Positions 30,381-39,461 of a DNA stretch of 64,000 nt are shown here, one piece after another. Origin of the DNA: Massilia sp. (GTDB taxonomy: Bacteria > Pseudomonadota > Gammaproteobacteria > Burkholderiales > Burkholderiaceae_D); contig DAMCRY010000001.1 in assembly GCA_032115075.1 (NCBI GenBank), forward strand, positions 19,348 to 83,347, given 5' to 3'. The notes under the pieces are model-generated. The model was given only the letters and a program-made list of their open reading frames with translations, searched no databases and had not been told where the DNA came from. The translations under genes and the position numbers were made by a program. Each line of letters begins with the position of its first letter. The first letter of the stretch is position 1.

Positions 30381-31966
30381 TGCTTGCCGCCCTTCGTTAC
30401 CACGACCCGCTTGAGCAGGTAGCCATCGGCTCCCTCGGTGAAGTCGAATTCGACGGTCTGGCCGGCCTTGATGTCCTTGAATGCATCAGGCGCGGGCTTC
30501 ATGAAATCCATCGTCATGGGCGGCCATTGCAGTGTGGCGACCGGTCCGTGCGACAGCGTGATGGCATCAGCCGAAACCTCCTCCACCTTGCCAACCGCCG
30601 TGTGCACGGTTGGCGCTCCCTGGCCTGGCTTCTGCGCCCGTGCAGAAGCGGCGGGCGGTTTCTTCATCGCGTCCATGCGGTCGGCTGCAGGCGCCTGGCC
30701 GGTGCCGCCATCGGCGGGTGCCGCCGGTGCCTCGCCCGCAAATTTGGGCAAGACCGATTTCAGGTTTGCTTCGGAATCGATCAGGAACTGGCCCGACGCG
30801 ACGACTTTCTGACCTTCGCCCAGGCCGCTCAGAATCTCGGTGGCATCGCCGATCTCGCGACCGGTTGTCACGACCACAGGACGCAGGCTGTTTCCCTGAG
30901 CGACCAGTACGGTGGAACGAGCACCCGACGCGATCACTGCCTCGGTCGGAACCATCAAGCGCGGCTGTGCTGCTGCAGCGCTCAGCCGGACGCGCATCAG
31001 CATGCCGGGCATCAGTGATGTGTCGCGGTTGTCCAGTTCGATACGGGCCTGGGCGGTCCGGGTAACGGCATTCACGCCCGGCAGGATTTCCCTTACCTTC
31101 CCTTCATAGGTGCGTGCGGCGTCGCCGTCCGCCGTCGCGCTCACCCGCATGCCGGCTCGCGCGGAGCCGATCAGGGTTTCCGGCACCTCAGCAAGCAGCC
31201 AGACAGTCTGCAAGCCGACCACCTTGGCGATCGTCATGCCGGGTGTGACCTGGGCGCCTTCGCGCACCCCGAGTTCGCTGACGATCCCGGAAACGGGGGA
31301 GGCGAGTAGCTGGTGCGTCTGCACATGTCCGGTACGCTCCAGCTCCGTGACAAGGGAGTCGGGGATCGAGAGTGCGCGCATGCGCTGGCGGGCGGCGGAG
31401 GCAAGCGCCGTGTCGCCTCCGCGTTTGAGCGCGAGGTATTCCTCCTGTGGGGCGATCCATTCCGGGACGAACACGGAGGCGACGGACTGGCCGCGCCGCA
31501 CCTGCTGCAGTGGCGCGCGAACGTGGAGCCTGTCGATGTAGCCGGCGGTACGGCTCTGGATGACCTCCTCGCGGCTCGCATCGAACTGGGTGGTGCCGAC
31601 CAGATCGAGCGAGTCCGCGACTTCCTCGCGCCGCACCGTTGCGAAGCGGATGCCGAGATTCTCCTGGAGGGTCGGCGAGATCCTGACGCCGGCCGACTCG
31701 CCCTCGTCGGCATACACCGGGACCAGCTGCATATCCATGAATGGGCTTTTCCCGGGCTTGTCGAAGCGTTTGCCGGGGACCATCGGATCATGCCAATACA
31801 GGACGCGCTTTCCCGGATCCGATGGGGCTGTGGCCGAAACGCTCCTGTCGCCGTGTCCGCCCGCAGCGCCCGCAGACTTGCTCGTACCCAACCAGTAACC
31901 ACCATACCCGATCAGGGCACCCGCAGCGGCGAGAAGCAGGATTTTCCTTGCATGGGAGCGTTTCAT
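30377..31966 (-). CDS. cusB: CusB adaptor with a C-terminal CusF-like domain
   Basis: YWHDPMVP...[13 protein letters not shown]et motif; C-terminal [20 protein letters not shown]. Confidence 0.9.
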   Translation of the reverse strand: MKRSHARKILLLAAAGALIGYGGYWLGTSKSAGAAGGHGDRSVSATAPSDPGKRVLYWHDPMVPGKRFDKPGKSPFMDMQLVPVYADEGESAGVRISPTLQENLGIRFATVRREEVADSLDLVGTTQFDASREEVIQSRTAGYIDRLHVRAPLQQVRRGQSVASVFVPEWIAPQEEYLALKRGGDTALASAARQRMRALSIPDSLVTELERTGHVQTHQLLASPVSGIVSELGVREGAQVTPGMTIAKVVGLQTVWLLAEVPETLIGSARAGMRVSATADGDAARTYEGKVREILPGVNAVTRTAQARIELDNRDTSLMPGMLMRVRLSAAAAQPRLMVPTEAVIASGARSTVLVAQGNSLRPVVVTTGREIGDATEILSGLGEGQKVVASGQFLIDSEANLKSVLPKFAGEAPAAPADGGTGQAPAADRMDAMKKPPAASARAQKPGQGAPTVHTAVGKVEEVSADAITLSHGPVATLQWPPMTMDFMKPAPDAFKDIKAGQTVEFDFTEGADGYLLKRVVVTKGGKQ

Positions 31967-33279
31967 TTGGCTGCCCTCTCTTCATTTGCCATGTCCTGCG
32001 GGATCAGGCGCAGCTCCAGTCCCGCCCAGACCAGTGCGGCCTCCAGTTCGAGGGCATTGACCTGCAGTCTGCGCTCGAGGGCGGCGCGCCTGGCCTTGAA
32101 TACGGCGGTCAGCGTTCCGGTTCCGCCGCGATAGTCGGCCAGCGCGGTCTCGACCTGCTGCGCCGCAGTCGGCAGCAGCTCCTTCTCGAGCCGGGCAATA
32201 CGGCGCTTTAGGCTCTCGAGCTGCCCCAGCTGGGTCTCGAATGATGACTGTGTCTCCAGCAGCGCCTCCTCGTACTCCAGCCTTGCCCGTGTGCCCAGTT
32301 CGGCTTTCTCCGCGATCTCGCGGTCCTGGCGCTGGGCCCGGCGGATGGTCAAGGGGATGCTGACGCCAAACGAGACCATGTTCGAAAACTGGCCCCCGCG
32401 CTGCGCGAAGCCGGCTTCGAAAGACCAGTCGGGACGGCTTTCTCGTACGGCCGCGCCTGCGTCGGCATTGGCCAGGTCGACAGCCCGTCGTGCGCTGAGG
32501 ACCGCCGGGTGCATCCTTTCCAGGTTCGGCATGGCGAAGCGAGCGCTCGCGGTGTCGAGCTTAGGCACCTCATCGGCTACGGAGCTTGATTCGGTGCGGG
32601 TCCAGCGGCGCAACTGGAGGAGCGCCGTCTGCAAGTCCTGCTCGGCTGCCTCGACGCTGTCTCCTCCGAGCAGCAGTTCGGCCCTTGCCTGCAGGACGTC
32701 GCTGGCCGAAGCCTTTGCCCCGCGATGCGCCGCCTCGAGGGCCGACAGGTCGCTCTCCATTTCACGTGTAATCGATGTGGACAAGCCGAGCGCGCGCTGC
32801 TTGTACAGCACTGTCAGCCAGGCTTTACCGGTTTCGACGCGGATATTCGCTACCTTCTCGAGATGGGCAGCTTCTACGGCCTCGACGGACCGGCGTGCCA
32901 GCTCCGTCCTGGCCTGCCGCTTGTCACGGGAGACCCATTGCTGTTCGATGCCGATCCGGCGCATCGTCATGAAGTCGGCGTTGGGACGGAAGCGGTCCGG
33001 GCCCGTAACGGGCAGGTTATCGATACCTAGTTTCAATGTGGGATCGGGCAGCTGGTCTGCGCGGGCGGCAGCATGCTCGCTTGCCGTGATCGAGGCGCGC
33101 GCCGCCTTCGCGGAGGCTGAGCCGGACGTTGCGAGCGCCAGGGCGGCGTTCAGGGTGAGTCCATCCGGAGCCGCAGATATGCTGCTGGAAGCTAACAGGA
33201 ATAGGGCCACGACCAGGGCGTGACCGGAGCGTGCAGGCTTGGCCGGCACCTCATGACGTGACGTGAAATTAGAATACAT
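31963..33279 (-). CDS. TolC-family outer membrane factor (CusC/SilC-like)
   Basis: QLPDPTLKLGIDNLP, MTMRRIGIEQ and RPDWS; first structural gene of the cus operon. Confidence 0.85.
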   Translation of the reverse strand: MYSNFTSRHEVPAKPARSGHALVVALFLLASSSISAAPDGLTLNAALALATSGSASAKAARASITASEHAAARADQLPDPTLKLGIDNLPVTGPDRFRPNADFMTMRRIGIEQQWVSRDKRQARTELARRSVEAVEAAHLEKVANIRVETGKAWLTVLYKQRALGLSTSITREMESDLSALEAAHRGAKASASDVLQARAELLLGGDSVEAAEQDLQTALLQLRRWTRTESSSVADEVPKLDTASARFAMPNLERMHPAVLSARRAVDLANADAGAAVRESRPDWSFEAGFAQRGGQFSNMVSFGVSIPLTIRRAQRQDREIAEKAELGTRARLEYEEALLETQSSFETQLGQLESLKRRIARLEKELLPTAAQQVETALADYRGGTGTLTAVFKARRAALERRLQVNALELEAALVWAGLELRLIPQDMANEERAAK

Positions 33280-33342
33280 ACATCCTCCGCAAATGAAAAC
33301 GAGCGCCGGCCGCTAGCCGGGCGTTTGCCAACAGGGAGGTGG

Positions 33343-33723
33343 TCAGACTCGGATGCGCAGGGTTCGCAGGTAGGGCGGGTCGGCGACCGGACCGGGAGGG
33401 TCGGCGGGCCATGGCAGGGCGATCGCGAGCGCCGAGACGGGGGTGATGATACGAACGAGGCCGGCGGGGGACAGCAGGGTCAGCGCGGGAACCGGGTTAT
33501 GGTGGTCGACAGAAGCCTTGGTGTCGGCCGAGAACTCGGCGCAATGGACGGGGCGCTCCATGTCCATGCCGGCGCAGGGCTCGCCATCCATCATCTGAAT
33601 GGGCGCCCGCTTGGCGACCGTCTCCGGACACACGTACGATGCCATCGCCATGCCCGACGTCATGAGGGTCATGACGAGGAGCAGCGCAATGCATCTGAAC
33701 AGTGCAGGGAAGGAGCGTCGCAT
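33343..33723 (-). CDS. Small leader-like protein upstream of cusCBA
   Basis: From ATG 33723: signal-like N-terminus, SYVCP, Met/Cys/His segment, and C-terminal PADPPGPVADPPYLRTLRIRV. Confidence 0.65.
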   Translation of the reverse strand: MRRSFPALFRCIALLLVMTLMTSGMAMASYVCPETVAKRAPIQMMDGEPCAGMDMERPVHCAEFSADTKASVDHHNPVPALTLLSPAGLVRIITPVSALAIALPWPADPPGPVADPPYLRTLRIRV

Positions 33724-33808
33724 CGGGTTTGGTAGTAACGGCGGTCGGTGCCATTCTAGCCATATTTCACAGCTTGGGTAAGAGAACTGAACCTTTAGTC
33801 GGCCCCGC

Positions 33809-34546
33809 TTAGGAGCGACCGCTCTGCATTGGTATTGGTGACCGCAGCGCCTGCGCAGCGGCCTGGACAACAGGCACCTGATGCCACAGTTCGGCAAGAA
33901 ATGCCATTTTTCCATCTGGCTGCAGCCCACCGTGCTCGATCAAACGGTTAGGGTGGGAAGAGACCGACACCCACCATTGCACGCCGCCGTACATGGTCCC
34001 CCAGCACCGGTGACCCTCAATACTCGACTTAACGACCGTGGAGACCATTGGTACAAGTCGACGAGTTTCGTGGTGTATGACCGCGTGGCCGTAAACTGGG
34101 TATTCGGAATGGGCACCCGGATCGCATGCAAGAAGCATTTGCCGCATGCGCTCTTCATGGCGGAGGCCGAGCGACACGTGGTTGAACGTCCCTAGCGAAC
34201 AAACCGAAGCACGGAACAGGACACTCAGATGGAACAATTTGAATGGGGCGTAATCTGCCTCCGTCCAGTGGGCCTCCTCGGCCCAGGGCCAGGGATTCGG
34301 AAGCTGTTTAGTGTCGAGCCACCTTTTAAAAGGTTTTTCGAAATGCTCGTTGAAATGCTGTTCACATTCCTCACAGAACAGGTGCTGTTTGATGCCATTC
34401 TGGAGAAGAGTCCGTCCACGCTTTCCCAACCCACTAACAGCCATTAACTGCCGCTTATCGTTGTAGAGTTCGCGGTACAGGAACTCTGGAACTATATGCG
34501 AATGACGAAGTTCTCGCACCTGATGGCAGAGATAGCATTTTTTCAT
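33809..34546 (-). CDS. Hypothetical protein with an HNH-like zinc-finger N-terminus
   Basis: CYLC...HSHIVP...LFCEECEQHF pattern; less GC-biased than its neighbours. Confidence 0.6.
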   Translation of the reverse strand: MKKCYLCHQVRELRHSHIVPEFLYRELYNDKRQLMAVSGLGKRGRTLLQNGIKQHLFCEECEQHFNEHFEKPFKRWLDTKQLPNPWPWAEEAHWTEADYAPFKLFHLSVLFRASVCSLGTFNHVSLGLRHEERMRQMLLACDPGAHSEYPVYGHAVIHHETRRLVPMVSTVVKSSIEGHRCWGTMYGGVQWWVSVSSHPNRLIEHGGLQPDGKMAFLAELWHQVPVVQAAAQALRSPIPMQSGRS

Positions 34547-34799
34547 GGGCTAGAGGTGCGAGAGGAGGATAGCTGATTATCCTACCAGTCCACCTCGCTC
34601 CAGGTGAACGAGAAGGTGAAAGCGAAGCCCTCGTGCGAAGCGGGCTATGCCAGGAGCGCACGGTAGAACTGCTTGTTCTGAGGTTAATAAACTTCTTAAA
34701 GGCCATATTTCGACGGGAAAGCGAACGGCAGCACCTTGGCGGAATGCGGGGCAACCGGGCCGAATGTCACGCATTTGTGTGCACGCTACCCCGGGAGCA

Positions 34800-34808
34800 T
34801 GCTACATT
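34800..34808 (+). promoter_or_regulatory. Extended -10 promoter, predicted leaderless transcript
   Basis: TGC-TACATT, 6 nt (GACCAT), then ATG 34815. Confidence 0.6.
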
Positions 34809-34814
34809 GACCAT

Positions 34815-35255
34815 ATGCGCGCCAGGCTTCGATCATTTTTCTTGTGCCTACTCATCGTCTCCCTACCCTTGCAGGGCATTGCGGGAGTGGCGAGGTTTGA
34901 GTGCGGCATGGCGCATCATCCCTTGACCGCCGCTGGCGAGCCTGGTGGCATGCAGATGGACACAACGGCGGCTGTCGATTCGCACGATGGCGAGCATGGG
35001 CATGCTGCCGAACCCGCGCAAAGCGTTGCATCGCCGGATCAAGACTGCGACGACAACGGCTCGCATGCGCGATCCGGCTGCGGCACCTGTGCAAGCTGCT
35101 CCATTGGCGCCTATGCGCCGCCGCCTGTAATGACCGTGACTGCAGTCGAGGAAGCAGTCAGCACTGCCCTGCAATTTTCCTCATCTTCATTCACCGGGCA
35201 TGTACCGGCCCGGATCGAACGACCTCCACGCACTGCCGCGTCAATCGCGGCGTAA
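34815..35255 (+). CDS. CopL-like leader protein upstream of copAB
   Basis: MRARLRSFFLCLLIVSLPLQGIAG...FECG...GCGTCASC...GHVPARIERPPR. Confidence 0.72.
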   Translation: MRARLRSFFLCLLIVSLPLQGIAGVARFECGMAHHPLTAAGEPGGMQMDTTAAVDSHDGEHGHAAEPAQSVASPDQDCDDNGSHARSGCGTCASCSIGAYAPPPVMTVTAVEEAVSTALQFSSSSFTGHVPARIERPPRTAASIAA

Positions 35256-35522
35256 TCCTTCACGGCTAGCGCCGGCGATGCGTTCCTGATTCCCGGGAGG
35301 CCGGCTCGCGCCCGCGTTCGCGCCTGCACGGATGGCCATCCCTACCGGGCACGCGTTCCTGGAAATCAGATCAAATAACCGAGTCGTGCACCCGTGGCTA
35401 CCCGCCGCGGGGCAGGCGTGTCCGCGTCCCTGGTTACCGGCATGGGGAACGTTTGGGGCCGAATCGCGCAGATTGCTGCGCCAGAAGTCGCATTTCAAAT
35501 CGGAGAACCAACGGAGAACCAT

Positions 35523-37391
35523 ATGAAACGTTCAGAAGTTACTGACCGCTGCGCGAGCAGCTGGCGGCGCCGTTTCCTGCAAGGGCTGGGCGCAGCTATA
35601 GGCCTTGCAGGTTTCAGCCCGGGGCCGCTCTTTGCCGCGCAGGACCGGCGCAAGCTTCGCGGTACCAGTTTCGACCTCGAGATAGGGCCGATGCCTGTCA
35701 ACTTCACCGGAGCAGACCGTATCGCCACCGCGGTCAACGGCCAGGTGCCCGCACCAACTCTCTATTGGAACGAGGGGGATACCGTGACGATCCGGGTCAC
35801 CAACCGGCTGCCGACGGTCAGTTCGATTCACTGGCACGGCATCCTGCTGCCAGCGGACATGGATGGCGTTCCGGGGTTGAGCTTTGCGGGGATCGAGCCC
35901 GGACAGACCTTCACCTACCGGTTCGAGGTCAAGCAGAGCGGTACCTACTGGTACCACAGCCATTCCGCTTTCCAGGAACAGCTCGGCTTGTACGGCCCTA
36001 TCGTCATCCTGCCGAAAGTCGGCGAGCGGGCCCAGGCAGATCGCGATTACGTCGTCATGCTGTCGGACTGGACGGACGAGAAGCCGGAGCGGGTCATGGC
36101 CAACCTGAAGAAGATGAGCGACTTCTTCAACAACAAGCAGCCGACCTTCGGCGAATTCGTCCGCGACGTGCGGAGCATGGGGTTCGCCGCAGCCGTCGAG
36201 AAACGCAAGATGTGGAACCAGATGCGCATGATGCCCACCGACTTCAGCGACGTCACCGCCAGCCGGAACATCAGCGGTGCGCTGCGCTACCTGATCAATG
36301 GCGCGACTGCGGAAATGAACTGGACCGGCCTGTTCAAGCGCGGAGAAAAGCTTCGGCTTCGTATTATCAACGGCTCCGCGACGACGATCTTCGACCTGCG
36401 TATCCCAGGTCTGAAGATGACGGTCATCTCCGCCGACGGACAGGACGTCGAGCCGATCCCGGTCGACGAGCTGCGCATCTCGGTCGCCGAGACCTACGAT
36501 GTGATCATCGAACCTGCGGAAGACAAGGCGTACACGATCTTCGCGCAGTCGATTGGACGCTCCGGATTCGTGCGCGCCACGCTCGCGCCGCGCCCCGGGG
36601 TGCAGGCGCCGGTTCCGCCGGTGGACGAGGCCGAATGGCTTACCATGACGGACATGATGGGGGCGATGGCGATGTCGGGGATGCACGGCTCCCACAGCGC
36701 CGCAGGCGGGCACGCAATGGGAGCGCAAGGAGCTGCTGGCACGAGTTCGCCAGAGACGGCGGCCGGTGCGGCTGCCGACCACAGTCACATGCAGCATGCG
36801 ATGCCGGCTGCGGCAAGCCATGCCGGCCACACGCAAATGCCCCAGGCAGCGCCGGGGCCTGCCAGTCCGCCAAAGGTGACCCATGCGCGGTCCGAGTACG
36901 GACCAGGCGTCGACATGCATGTCGACATGCCGCGCACGAACCTGGATGACCCCGGCCCGAACCTGCGCAACAACGGGCGGCGGGTCCTGACCTACGCGGA
37001 CCTGCGCACCGTCGGCGGGCCGGTTGACCCCCGCGAACCGAGCCGAGAGATCGAGCTGCACCTCACCGGCAACATGGAACGCTTCATGTGGTCATTCGAC
37101 GGCCAGAAGTTCTCCGAGGCCTTGCCCATCCATTTCCGGTTCGGCGAGCGGCTGCGAATCGTCCTGGTGAACGACACGATGATGAACCACCCGATCCACC
37201 TGCACGGCATGTGGAGCGAGCTCGAATCGGAGCGCGGTGAATTCCAGGTACGCAAGCACACGATCAATGTGCAGCCAGCCCAGCGGGTCACGTTCCGTGT
37301 CACGGCCGATGCGCCCGGACACTGGGCATTTCACTGCCACCTGCTGTATCACATGGAAGCAGGGATGTTCAGGGAGGTGGTCGTATCATGA
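35523..37391 (+). CDS. copA: CopA/PcoA-family multicopper oxidase (Tat-exported)
   Basis: RRRFLQG Tat motif, HWHG, YWYHSH, HPIHLHG and HCHLLYHM motifs, and a Met/His-rich insert. Confidence 0.93.
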   Translation: MKRSEVTDRCASSWRRRFLQGLGAAIGLAGFSPGPLFAAQDRRKLRGTSFDLEIGPMPVNFTGADRIATAVNGQVPAPTLYWNEGDTVTIRVTNRLPTVSSIHWHGILLPADMDGVPGLSFAGIEPGQTFTYRFEVKQSGTYWYHSHSAFQEQLGLYGPIVILPKVGERAQADRDYVVMLSDWTDEKPERVMANLKKMSDFFNNKQPTFGEFVRDVRSMGFAAAVEKRKMWNQMRMMPTDFSDVTASRNISGALRYLINGATAEMNWTGLFKRGEKLRLRIINGSATTIFDLRIPGLKMTVISADGQDVEPIPVDELRISVAETYDVIIEPAEDKAYTIFAQSIGRSGFVRATLAPRPGVQAPVPPVDEAEWLTMTDMMGAMAMSGMHGSHSAAGGHAMGAQGAAGTSSPETAAGAAADHSHMQHAMPAAASHAGHTQMPQAAPGPASPPKVTHARSEYGPGVDMHVDMPRTNLDDPGPNLRNNGRRVLTYADLRTVGGPVDPREPSREIELHLTGNMERFMWSFDGQKFSEALPIHFRFGERLRIVLVNDTMMNHPIHLHGMWSELESERGEFQVRKHTINVQPAQRVTFRVTADAPGHWAFHCHLLYHMEAGMFREVVVS

Positions 37392-38731
37392 AAAAGTTTT
37401 CAACCCTTCCCCGGCATGCCGCTTTTGCGTTGGCATACGTAGTGTCGTTACATGCTTCTGGACAAACGCCGGGGCAACAGTCGTCCACCAGCCACGAGAT
37501 GCACGGGATGGACCACGCGAAGATGGGCCATGGCGCACCCGCCGCACCACGCAAGCCTTCGCAGCAGAAGCAGAAGCCCCCGGCGGAACCGGCCACGCAC
37601 AAGAGCCATGGAGAGGCGCCTGCTGGTCAATCGTCGACAGCGGGCCAGGAGCATGCCGGGCATGCCATGCCAGAGCCCGAGAAGGCGCAGTCGCAGCCTC
37701 CCAATGCTGCCCAGCAAGGGCAGCAATCTCTGTCGCAACCGGATGCGCACGGGAGCCAGGCTGCCCCGGCGGCCACGCCGGCTCCCACGGCCGGGCAAGG
37801 GCACGCAGGCCATGCCATGCCGTCCGCGCAGCCTTCGACGAAAAACCCCCAGTCGGCCCAGCCTCCCCAGGGTCACGACGCGCACCAGATGGACCATTCG
37901 GGGATGGGGCATGGAAGTCCGGCCCAGCAAGCGCCCCGAAACGCTACTGCCGCGGCGGGCACCGCAAACGCGATGGGCCCGGGACACTCCATGCAGATGG
38001 GCCCGATGCAAGGAGGGAAACCGCCGCCGGACGCACGCGATCCGAATGCCTACAACGAGGGCGCGCGCCACGCCAACTTCGGCAACCACGAGATGAACGA
38101 CAACGCCCCGTTCGGCAAGGTTCTGCTCGACAAGGCGGAGTTCGCGAAAGGCGATGGTGAGCGTGGCCAGAACGTCGAACTCGAGGCCTGGTACGGCAAC
38201 GACTACAACAAGGCCTGGCTCAAGACCGAAGGCGAGCGGCGCGGCGGCACCCTTGAAAGCGCGCGTACCGAACTGCTGTGGGACCGGGCATTCGCCACAT
38301 TCTGGAGCACTCAGCTCGGTCTCAGGCACGACAGCGGCGAGGGCGGCAGCAGGGACTGGCTCGCGTTCGGTGTGCAGGGCCTGGCGCCGTACTGGTTCGA
38401 AACCGAGGCGACTGCCTATTGGCGCCCGGGCAGCGGACTTGCCGCCCGGTTCAACGTGAAGTACGAAATCCTGTTCACGCCCCGCCTGATCCTGGAACCC
38501 GAACTGTCGGCAAACCTCTACAGCCGTACCGACGAAGAGCGTGGGACGGGAAGCGGATTGTCCGATATCGGCGCCGGCCTGCGCCTGCGCTACGAGATCA
38601 CCCGCCAGGTCGCGCCCTACATCGGGGTGACGTGGAACAGACAGTTTGGCCGTACCGCCGACTTCACGCAGCAGCGTGGCGGCGACCGCAGTGAAGTCCA
38701 GGCTGTGGCCGGGATCCGTCTGTGGTTTTGA
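37388..38731 (+). CDS. copB: CopB/PcoB outer-membrane copper resistance protein
   Basis: His/Met-rich N-terminus, WYGNDYNKAWLKTEGE, QGLAPYWFE, GLRLRYEI and terminal LWF. Confidence 0.92.
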   Translation: MKKFSTLPRHAAFALAYVVSLHASGQTPGQQSSTSHEMHGMDHAKMGHGAPAAPRKPSQQKQKPPAEPATHKSHGEAPAGQSSTAGQEHAGHAMPEPEKAQSQPPNAAQQGQQSLSQPDAHGSQAAPAATPAPTAGQGHAGHAMPSAQPSTKNPQSAQPPQGHDAHQMDHSGMGHGSPAQQAPRNATAAAGTANAMGPGHSMQMGPMQGGKPPPDARDPNAYNEGARHANFGNHEMNDNAPFGKVLLDKAEFAKGDGERGQNVELEAWYGNDYNKAWLKTEGERRGGTLESARTELLWDRAFATFWSTQLGLRHDSGEGGSRDWLAFGVQGLAPYWFETEATAYWRPGSGLAARFNVKYEILFTPRLILEPELSANLYSRTDEERGTGSGLSDIGAGLRLRYEITRQVAPYIGVTWNRQFGRTADFTQQRGGDRSEVQAVAGIRLWF

Positions 38732-38832
38732 ACGAGATGTTGAGATGAGGACCGGCGCGGCGGCCCAGCCGACGCCTTACCAAGAGGGATTCCTGGAATT
38801 GAATTTGAACCTGACCCATTGAGGAGAACGTC

Positions 38833-39162
38833 ATGAATCAGCAATACGAAACCTGTATCGAAGCGTGCAATGACTGCGCCGACGCGTGCGACATGTGCGC
38901 AGCCGCCTGCCTGCAGGAGGAAGACGTGAAGATGGTGGCCCGCTGCATCGCACTCGACGTCGACTGTGCGCAGTTGTGCCGTGTCGCAGCCGCGATGATA
39001 GCAAGGGGTAGCGCAGCCGCAAAAGTCGTCTGCGAGGCTTGCGCGGCGATCTGCGACATGTGCGCTGAAGAGTGCGCCAAGCATCAGATGGAGCACTGCC
39101 AGCGGTGCGCCGCTGCCTGTCGCCGGTGCGCAGCTGAATGCCGTCGCATGACCAGCGCATAA
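38833..39162 (+). CDS. Four-helix-bundle Cys-rich copper storage protein (Csp3/DUF326-like)
   Basis: CIEACNDCADACDMCAAAC...DCAQLC...HCQRCAAACRRCAAEC. Confidence 0.88.
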   Translation: MNQQYETCIEACNDCADACDMCAAACLQEEDVKMVARCIALDVDCAQLCRVAAAMIARGSAAAKVVCEACAAICDMCAEECAKHQMEHCQRCAAACRRCAAECRRMTSA

Positions 39163-39189
39163 AACCACGCAGTTTTCGTAATCACTCAG

Positions 39190-39217
39190 CAGGGGAATTC
39201 ATGCGTGAATTCCCCTG
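39190..39217. terminator. Stem-loop after the copAB-csp operon
   Basis: CAGGGGAATTCA-TGCG-TGAATTCCCCTG, a perfect 12-bp stem. Confidence 0.6.
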
Positions 39218-39461
39218 GCCGCTCCTTGTCGCCTCGAGCAAAGTCGGAATAACGTGCGGTAAACACCTTTTTGGTTAACTTTTATGTGGCGAAAACGACG
39301 AAAACTTTATTTTTCTTGCGCGGTAAAGATTTTGGTAATACATTAAAAAAAGCAACAAGCTGTATAGACAAGTAGTTTGGCTCTTGGCTTTCAAGACGTG
39401 TTCCGCGCTGCGGGCCACTGGTTATTGTCCTGATTCTCATAAAAACAAACCCGGAGGGTAA

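Noticed and set aside
39240..39460. Fur/Zur box or riboswitch upstream of the TonB-dependent receptor
   Set aside because: The region is AT-rich with only a half-site-like TGATTCTCAT; no convincing dyad or riboswitch consensus could be identified by eye.
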